Shown piece by piece: positions 16,968 to 26,000 of a stretch of DNA of 64,000 nucleotides. The stretch is from an uncultured Clostridium sp. (GTDB lineage Bacteria; Bacillota; Clostridia; TANB77; CAG-508). Below the pieces are notes generated by a model that saw only the letters and a list, made by a program, of their open reading frames with translations, had not been told where the DNA came from and made no database searches. The first letter of the stretch is position 1. Each line of letters starts with the position of its first letter. The DNA lies in contig CABVAF010000002.1 in NCBI GenBank assembly GCA_902496295.1, positions 131,503-195,502 of the forward strand, given 5' to 3'. The translations under genes and the position numbers were made by a program.

Positions 16968-17609
16968 TTAGTCCACTCCTCCAAATTTATTAAGTGGCCA
17001 GAATCTAATCCAAACCTTACCCTCTATTTTTTCTAAAGGTATACAACCAAATACCCTACAGTCTGTTGATTGTGCTCTATTGTCTCCCATTGCAAAAACA
17101 CAATTCTCAGGTACTATAAAATCAGAGTAAACTCCAGATTCTCCCATATTAGTTATTACTCCTGGCTGCAAATAATCTTCTTTTAGTTCTTCTCCATTTA
17201 TATAAACTTTGTCGTCTTTAATTTCTACATGTTCACCTGGAAGTGCTATGACTCTTTTTATATAACTCTCTTTTCCCCATTCTAATACATTGTGCACAAA
17301 ACTCTCCCATATATTTGATGGTTCATTTTCATACTTAGCAACTGGATTTGAAACATCTTGCTCTTCTTTTGACCATCTTGCATTAGTTGGTGCCTCAAAA
17401 GTTATAATATCTCCTCTTTCTGGTAACTTTTTAGTAGTTCTTCCCCATCTATTTAAAATAAGTCTATCGTCCTGTAATAATGTAGGCTTCATAGACACTT
17501 GCTTTACAATTGTTGGAGTTCCTATATAATAACGTATTAATAATGCTAAAACTAAAGCAATTACAATACACAATATCCATTCTAATATATCTTTAACCTT
17601 TTCATTCAT
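16968..17609 (-). CDS. lepB: Signal peptidase I
   Basis: Catalytic Ser box VSMKPTL and GDNRAQSTDCR box. The ATG at 17609 has an AGAGGT SD. The 19 upstream codons in the track ORF lack one. Confidence 0.85.
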   Translation of the reverse strand: MNEKVKDILEWILCIVIALVLALLIRYYIGTPTIVKQVSMKPTLLQDDRLILNRWGRTTKKLPERGDIITFEAPTNARWSKEEQDVSNPVAKYENEPSNIWESFVHNVLEWGKESYIKRVIALPGEHVEIKDDKVYINGEELKEDYLQPGVITNMGESGVYSDFIVPENCVFAMGDNRAQSTDCRVFGCIPLEKIEGKVWIRFWPLNKFGGVD

Positions 17610-17682
17610 TCTAATTCTTACCTCTTGCTTAATATTTTTACATAAAATACTTATAAGATTATACATTAAATTCTATATTTTA

Positions 17683-19089
17683 TCAATGTTTTATAACAGG
17701 AATTCTAATAACTACTTCAGTGCCTTTTCCAACTTCACTTTTTATATCTATACTTCCATTATTTTTAGTAAGTATTTCTTGCGCAATAGAAAGCCCTAAT
17801 CCTGTACCTCCGAATTCTCTACTTCTCGCTTTATCTACTCTATAAAATCTTTCAAAAATTCTTGACAAGTCTTTTTCTGGAATACCTATACCATTATCTA
17901 TAATTTTTATATATGCATCATTATAAACAAACCCAACATAAACTTTTATGGTTCCATTTTCTGGAGTATATTTTATAGCGTTTGAAAGTATGTTTAAAAT
18001 TACTCTTTCAATTCCATCTTTATCAGCTTGAACTGGTGGAACATTTGCTGTAACAAAACATTCAACATTATGATGTTTTTTCTCTATCTCAAATTTCAAT
18101 TTTTCTTGGCATCCTTTTGTTAAATCTCCTAAGTCAAACTGAGTAACTTCTCTTTTTATTTTATTATTGTCATACCTTGAAAGAGTAAGTAGGTCTGTAA
18201 CTAATTTAGCCATTCTTCTTGCTTCTGATGCAATTACTCCTAAAAACTTGCTTTGCGTCTCTCTGTCATACTCTTCTTCTAATAACGTGTCTGCATATCC
18301 CATAATTGAAGTTATTGGAGTTTTTAGTTCATGCGATACATCTGCTACAAATTCCCTTCTCATGTTATCTAACTTAACGTGTTCTGTAATATCTTGTATT
18401 ACTACCATTACTCCTGTTGGCTTATTATTTTCATCTTGAAATGGTGCAAAAAATAAATTTACAGCTTTATCTCCCACTTCTACTTTCTGCTCTGAAGAAG
18501 TCCAATTTTCCAAATATATAATTTTTTCTAAGTTTACATCTATATTTAGTTTTTTAAACATCTTTTCAAATGTATTTTCTTTATCTGTTATTCCTAAAAG
18601 AGCTTTAGCTGCTGGATTTATATGTATAATTTCTCCATTCATGTTAAATGCTATAACTCCATCTGTCATATGTAACAAGATTGTTTCAAATTGCTTCTTT
18701 TGGCTATTTACTTCTGTTAGTTTCTGGTTTAATTCACGAGTCATTAAATTAAAAGCATTAACAAGCTCATCTACCTCTGTTTTTTCGTTTAAAATATTAG
18801 ATATTTCCATATTCTGACCACTAGCCATTTTCTCAGCACTTTCTATTAATCTATTAATTGGCTTAACTACAGATTTAGAAACAAAATATTTTATAACTAG
18901 TGTTATTAAAATATATAACACAATTGCTATTATGCTAATTATTAATAAATCTCTTATTTGCATGCTTACATCAATTATCATAGACATTTTTTGTAATGTA
19001 TATAATGAAAATACAGATATTCCCACTATTAATAATATTCCTATAATAAAAAATATTAAAACTATTTTATTTTGAATATTTTTCTTCAT
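17683..19089 (-). CDS. Sensor histidine kinase (2 TM, HAMP, PAS, HisKA, HATPase); WalK/PhoR-like
   Basis: H-box SHELKTPITSI and N/G boxes (NAIKYT, DNGIGI, GGTGLGLSI). The extracytoplasmic loop is very short. Confidence 0.85.
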   Translation of the reverse strand: MKKNIQNKIVLIFFIIGILLIVGISVFSLYTLQKMSMIIDVSMQIRDLLIISIIAIVLYILITLVIKYFVSKSVVKPINRLIESAEKMASGQNMEISNILNEKTEVDELVNAFNLMTRELNQKLTEVNSQKKQFETILLHMTDGVIAFNMNGEIIHINPAAKALLGITDKENTFEKMFKKLNIDVNLEKIIYLENWTSSEQKVEVGDKAVNLFFAPFQDENNKPTGVMVVIQDITEHVKLDNMRREFVADVSHELKTPITSIMGYADTLLEEEYDRETQSKFLGVIASEARRMAKLVTDLLTLSRYDNNKIKREVTQFDLGDLTKGCQEKLKFEIEKKHHNVECFVTANVPPVQADKDGIERVILNILSNAIKYTPENGTIKVYVGFVYNDAYIKIIDNGIGIPEKDLSRIFERFYRVDKARSREFGGTGLGLSIAQEILTKNNGSIDIKSEVGKGTEVVIRIPVIKH

Positions 19090-19115
19090 ATTATTCTCCT
19101 ATCTTCAAAAATAGA

Positions 19116-19136
19116 CAAATGGGTCGCACCCATTTG
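19116..19136 (-). other. Stem-loop between the response-regulator and kinase genes (possible internal attenuator or processing site)
   Basis: 9-bp stem caaatgggt / acccatttg with a 3-nt loop. On the minus strand it is followed by TCTATTTTT, then the kinase SD. Confidence 0.5.
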
Positions 19137-19164
19137 CCCATTTATAAAGAAATATTTTCTTTTA

Positions 19165-19920
19165 TTATTTTGCAGCTATATAATAGCCTACACCTCTTTT
19201 TGTAATTAAAATTTTAGGATTTGAAGTATCTTTTTCTATTTTCTCCCTAATTCTTCTTACTGTAACATCAACAGTTCTAATGTCTCCATAATACTCATAT
19301 CCCCAAACTTTTTCTAATAATGTTTCTCTCGTTACCACTTGTCCAGGTTGATTTGCCAAATATTTTAGTACTTCAAACTCTCTTAAAGTTAAATCTATTA
19401 CTTCTCCTCTTACTTTTACTTCAAATTTATCTAAATCTAATTTTAAATCTCCAACTTCTATTCTGTTGCCTTTTTCGTCTAACTCTTCTTCTACTTGCTC
19501 TGTTTCTTGTATAACTTCAGATTTTCTTAGATTTGCCTTCACTCTAGCCATTAATTCTCTTACACTAAATGGTTTTGTAATATAGTCATCTGCACCTAAT
19601 TCTAATCCTAGTATTTTATCTATTTCTTCATCTTTTGCAGACAAAATTAAAATAGGAACATTTGATAAAGTGTGTCTTATTCTTTTGCATACAGTTAATC
19701 CATCTACCTTTGGAAGCATTATATCAAGTAGTATTAAATCTGGTTTTTGCATTAACGCTAAACTTATTGCTTGTTCTCCATCGTAAGCTTCGATTGTTTC
19801 ATATCCCTCTTTTTGTAGATTATAAGTTAAAATTTCTACAATTGGCTTTTCATCATCAACAATTAAAATCTTTTTCTTGTCATAGTTACTCTCATACTTT
19901 TCTTCCACAAACAGCCCCAC
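19165..19920 (-). CDS. OmpR-family response regulator (WalR/PhoP-like)
   Basis: REC domain (ILIVDDE, LLDIMLP, SAKD...K) plus a winged-helix C-terminus (RTVDVTVRRIREKI). The start is uncertain: GTG at 19920 or GTG at 19908 after AAAGGTGGGG. Confidence 0.85.
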   Translation of the reverse strand: MGLFVEEKYESNYDKKKILIVDDEKPIVEILTYNLQKEGYETIEAYDGEQAISLALMQKPDLILLDIMLPKVDGLTVCKRIRHTLSNVPILILSAKDEEIDKILGLELGADDYITKPFSVRELMARVKANLRKSEVIQETEQVEEELDEKGNRIEVGDLKLDLDKFEVKVRGEVIDLTLREFEVLKYLANQPGQVVTRETLLEKVWGYEYYGDIRTVDVTVRRIREKIEKDTSNPKILITKRGVGYYIAAK

Positions 19921-19998
19921 CTTTCATTTGATAAGCCTATTATTTATATATATTTATATCACATTAAAATAATTTGTACAAGATATTTCTTGTTATTT

Positions 19999-20015
19999 TG
20001 TAAAATTTTTGTAAC
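19999..20015 (+). promoter_or_regulatory. WalR-type direct repeat TGTAAA-N5-TGTAAC upstream of the response-regulator gene
   Basis: Exact match to TGT(A/T)A(A/T/C)-N5-TGT(A/T)A(A/T/C). It abuts a minus-strand TATAAT hexamer (20016-20021). Confidence 0.45.
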
Positions 20016-20072
20016 ATTATAGAAATAAATTTTTTATAATATATTTTTTGTGTTACATTTTGTTGTAATTTG

Positions 20073-23000
20073 TTACATTATGATGTCAATGTGATACACT
20101 CCTCCAGCTCTACTTAGTTTAACTTGTTTGTCCGGAATTTCTTCTCCATTTAAAATAAACTTTTCTACTCCTGTGTTCTTTCCGCTTTCGTTTTTTACTG
20201 TAATGTTATAGATACTACTTCCATATCTATATTTAATTGAATATTCTTTCCATTCTTTTGGAATACATGGTTTTATTCTTAAAAAATCTCTTACTATATT
20301 TAGACCCAATATATATTTTATTCCTGCCTCATACATCCAACTACTGGACCCTGTATACCAAGTCCATCCTCCTCTTCCTGAAAGACTTTCTTTTCCATAT
20401 ACATCTGCTGCCATTACATAAGGTTCTACTTTATATTTATTTGCAGAGTCTTTTGTTCTCGAATGCTCTATTGGATTAATCATTCTAAAAAATTCTGTTG
20501 CCTTATCTCCAAACCCAAGCATTGCTTCTGCTATTATAACCCATATTGCACCATGTGTGTATTGTCCTCCATTTTCTCTAATACCTGGCAAGTATGATTT
20601 TATATACCCTGGGTCTAATGTTCCTTTATTAAATGGCGGATCTAAAAGTTTTATAATTCCATTTTCTCTATCTACTAGGTGGTTTTCTAGACTTTCTAAC
20701 GCAATATATTTTTTATCGTTATCTCCAGCATTTGAAATTGTTGCCCAGCTTTGTGAGATACTATCTATCTTGCATTCTTCATTTTCAATACTACCTAGTG
20801 CATCTCCACTATCCATAAAAGCTCTTTTGTACCATCTTCCATCCCATGCATTAGTATTTAATGCCTTTCTTAGTTTCTCCGCTATTTCTTCATATCTTTT
20901 AGCTCGTTCTTCTTCTCCTCTGTATCTACAAATAGGAAGTATTTTTATTAAAATTATATACATAAAAAATCCAAGCCATACACTTTCGCCCTTTCCTTCA
21001 ATTCCCACTTTGCTTAATCCATCATTCCAATCTCCAGAGCCTATTTTAGGAAGTCCATTTTCTCCAAAATTTAAAGAACGTTCTATTGCCCTTATGCAAT
21101 GATTATATATATCTTCTACTACATCAGAATTACTATATTTATCATATCTTTCACTTACACCTTCTTCTAAAGGTGCACCATACAAATATGGTGTTTCCAT
21201 TTCTAATATATCTTTGTTTCCAGTAAAATACACATAGTCTAATACTACGAACACTAGCCATAATAGGTCATCTGAAAACCTAGTTCTTATTCCTCTTCCA
21301 TTTTCATCATGCCACCAATGTTCCACATCTCCTTCTAAAAATTGATGCTTGCTATGTTTAATTATTTGATTTTTCATAATATCTATATCCACATATTTTG
21401 TTGCCATTGCATCTTGCAATTGGTCTCTAAAGCCAAATGCTCCTCCAGACTGATAATAACCGCTTCTTGCCCAAATTCTAGAGCATATAGTTTGATAAAG
21501 TAACCACCCGTTTAGCATAATATTCATAGACTCCACAGGTGTTTTTACTTGTAGATGATTCACTAAGCTATTCCAATATTTTTTAACATTCATAAATTCT
21601 GTTCTTACATTATTTAAGTTACTATACTTATATGCCGTATCTTGACATTCAAGCATGCTTTCTCCTGCGCCTACCATTAATACAATTTCTTTTTTAGAAA
21701 GGGCTTCTATTTCTACTTTCATTTCTATTGCAATTATTCCATCTTGCCATAGAGAATTTTTGTTATCTAACTCAATTTTTCTTACTCCATCTGGAGCATT
21801 AAGATTCCCTTTTCCGAAAAAACTCTGCTTGCACCCTGTATATGATAAAATATTTTCACTGCTCGAAACCCACATAATGTTTGTACTCACAGGCTTAGTA
21901 ATATTTTGCATAAATATTGTATTAAATTTATTATTATACTCTAATTTATTAAATCCATTTGACTTTATTTCATCTTCATCTAGTACAGGTTTTAGATAAT
22001 ATATAATCTTGACTTCTTTTTTCTTAAGCTGAGTATTCTCTAATGTTAAAACTTGCACTTTTACATTTTCATTCATTGGTACAAATACATCAACGCTTTG
22101 CTTTAATCCATCACTTATATGTGCATATTTTGCATATCCAAATCCGTAGGTAATATAGTATGGAGAATCATCTGGCACTGGGTTTAATCCCATAGACCAA
22201 ACTTTTTTAGTTTCCATATCTTCAAGATATATAACTTCTGAAGGCACATCTGTTACAGGGTTATTATTCCATGCAGTAATTCTATTTAATCTACTATTTT
22301 TAAACCAAGTATATCCTCCCATACTTTCTGTTACTACACTACCAAAATTTTTATTTGCAAGTACATGACTCCATACAGTTGGAAGCTTTGTATCTTTACT
22401 TACTTTTATTTTATACTCTGTTCCATCTTCTGAAAAGCCACCATAATCATTATAATATTTTAACTCTTCTGTAGTTACATTATTTGTATAACTATTATCT
22501 TCTTGTATTCCTCTTAAATTACTTTCATCTCCTATTTCTTTTGTATTTTCAAGGTATTCTTCTTCTAAGTCTTTTATTTGTCTTAATATACTTCCCATTC
22601 CTGCATTAATTAGTAAATTTGCTCTATATTCTATATTTTCTTTATCTTTTTTACTTAATCCATTTAATAAAAATATTCCTCCTTTAACATTTTGCATAAA
22701 TCCAAGTCCTTGATTAAATATAACATTTTGCACGCCTTCTTTAACATAATTGTTATAGCTATTTTTTTCCTCATTTATAATAACTAAATCTATTTCTATA
22801 TTTTTTATTCTAAAATAATCATATGCTTTTATAGTTTCTTTTACAATTTCTATATCATTTGCATCTTTTATTTTTACAAGTAAAATTGGAATATCACCAG
22901 AAATACCATATTTCCATAGGTCTTCTACTAATGCATGTTCATTTGTTCTTTCTTTATATAAAATAGATTTTAGTGGATTTATAAATACCAAATATCTAAG

Positions 23001-26000
23001 CATTTTTTGATATAATTCCACATCTTTTCCCTTTATCCCCAAGTAGTTATTTTCTGTTTCTACTTTTGCTCTTGCTAAATTAAAACTTCGTTTTATTTTC
23101 TCTTCATTTTTAAACTCCACCACTCTTCCTAAAGCTTCTTCACGAGTTTTTCCTACTGCAATAATTAGGTTAAATTCTACGCTTTGCTCAGGCATTATAT
23201 TTACCATTCGTTTCATTGCAGCTATAGTTTCCGTACTAATTCCTGTCTTTTTGCTAAATGGTGTAGAATTTTCTACAGATTTAGGAAGTCCTAAATTATT
23301 TCTGCTTAAAAACTTTTCCTTGTCTGTTTCAAACTCAATCTCTCCTATAGTTTCATTTTCTGTATATAGATTTAAAGCTAAATAAACTTCTTCTTCGTTT
23401 TCTCCTCTAGCATTTCTTTTTACAAGTAAAATTTCAGGTTTTTCAATCCACTCATAGCTTAGGAATAGATTGTTAAACACTTTATGTGCATAATCTTGCT
23501 CTCTTTTAGAAAGCATAGGTTCTAATGCACTTGTTACTTCTATTATTTCCTCTGTTAATCCCGTATTTGTAAGTTTTACTTTTCTTAATTCCACAGGGTC
23601 ATTTGCTGAAATTGTAGTTTTTAAAACTGTTTCTATATTTCCATCCTGTCTTACAATTTTATTACTATCTGGTGCAAAATATATTGTGTATTTATCTGGC
23701 TTATTCAAATAGGTCATATATGATGTTGTCCAAATTCTTTTAGACCTTATATTTTTAAAATAGAAGAAAATTCCCTGTTCTATATCATCTGTCTTTTTAT
23801 ATCTATTTATTAGTATATCTTTATACTTACTGTATCCATTGCCCTTTTCATCCATAACAATAGTATAATTATTATTTGATATTACATTTATTTCTTTTAA
23901 ATTGTTATTTATTTTACTAATTTCTCTTTGTGTATATGATTCATAATCAAAATTTACTACTCTTTCTACTTTTTCTTTCTTCTCTTTTGTTATAATTAAG
24001 CTTTCTGGCATTTTCTCTTGTAATAATATATCTACAGATTTTATTTCTGGATTTTTCATAAACCTTTCTGGAAATATATTATTATTTATTAAATTATTTA
24101 TAGACAAAAGTATAAGCCCTTGATGGTGTGCCATATAAGTTTTAACATTTGCATATTCCTCGCCTTTTTTTAGCCTTGCAACCGTATAATCTATTGACTC
24201 ATAAAAACCATATTTATTATACATATTACTTTTCTGAAGTTCTTTTAAATTATCTATTACGTTAACAGGTTCATCATACAAAGCCATTGCACTACCATAT
24301 GGAGCAACTACAAATTCTTCTGAAAGCCCTCTTTTTAATCCAAGCCACGGTATACCAAATGCCTTATACTGGTAATTATTGCTTAAATCTTTTAAATTAA
24401 ATGCAGCCTCTGAAAATCCCCAAGGAATATTAAGCATTTTAGCATAATCTTGCTGACTCATTACCATAAACTTACAAGATTCATCTAACAAACTACCAGG
24501 ATACTTTGGTATATTTACATTTGGCATAAGGTACTCAAAGGAAGTTCCAGACCATGAAAGTAAACCTTTATAATTTTTAAATTTTGTTAATGTTCTACTT
24601 AAATTTTCCCAATGTTTTACTTCTACATCTTTTTTAGCAATTGCTACTAAGCTTGTCTGTCTTGCCTCAGATGCTAGTAAGTCATAATAAGAATCTGTTA
24701 AAGAATTTTCTTCTACATTAAATCCAATTGAAAATAGCATATTTTCCTTATTGTATAACTTAGAAAAGTCTGTATTATTAATAACATTACTTATTATTTC
24801 TAACATACTATCTACATTTTCATAAACTTCTTTTACTTCCTCTAAAAATTCTTTTACCACATATAAGTATCCTATAAAATTCCCACTATCAACAGATGAA
24901 ATATACTTAGGCTCTAATGGTTTTAAATTTTTAATATCATACCAGTTATATAAATGTCCATTCCATTTTGGAAGCTCTGCTATAGTGTTTATCATTTTAT
25001 CAAGTAATTTTAATGTATTATCTAAACTTTCAAATTTTAAGTCATAGCTAGAAATTACTGCAAGCATTGCTAGCCCTATATTTGTAGGAGATGTTCTATA
25101 AACAATTTTTGGAACTCTATCTTCTTGGAAATTATCTGGTGGAAGATAGTTGCTTTTCTCTGTTAAATTTTCCTTAAAAAAGTTCCATGTTTTCTGAGCT
25201 ATATCTATAATAAATTCTTTATCTTCTTTATTTAATTTATCTATTTGTAAACCTTCTTCTATGTCTTTACTTATATACCACATTATTAATGGTGCAGTTA
25301 GCCAAATTAAAGATAACACTATAATTAAACCATTTATAAAAACATTGTGTATATATGGGCTTATTGCTAATATTATAAGTGCTAGGGCTATATTTGGTCC
25401 CATACTAGAGTAATAAGATTGTAAACTGTTTTTCTTACTATTTTCCGCTTCTTCTGCTGTAGTCCATTCAAGAAGATTTTTCTTGCTTCTAAACATTCTG
25501 TAAATAGTCCTAACTATTGCACATAAACTCATATAAGCTCTATCTGGTAAAAGTGCTATAGCTAACCAACCTCTTAAAACACTTGCTCTAAAGTTTCCTA
25601 TGTTTTTTACAAAAGTTTTTTGTTTCTTTTCTCCTTCTTTATAGAAGATAACTTTATTTACTATATCTATTATTGTAGGTATGATAACTGCTATAACAGC
25701 TATTACTAAAATCGAAACAAAATTTACTCTTTTCCACATCCAAATAATAATTGTAGCTAATATTAGTAAAACTGAATTTATTTCTAGTACACTTCTAAAC
25801 AAATTATCTAAAATTTTATACTTGGATAATTTATTTAAAGGATTATTCCTTTTTTCCTTGTGTCTATCTAAAACTCTTTTTTTAAGCCATCCTATTATTT
25901 GCCAATCGCCTCTTATCCATCTGCTTAACCTCATTTTGTAAGTTTGATATGTTGTAGGATATCCATCCATAAGTTCAATGTCTGAGGCAAGTCCACATTT

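Noticed and set aside
20051-20076. Additional WalR-type sites from the TGTTAC / TGTAAT / TGTTAC hexamers.
   Set aside because: Their spacings are 7 nt and 1 nt rather than the required 5 nt. T-rich hexamers of this type are frequent in AT-rich DNA. Only the 19999-20015 pair fits the consensus.
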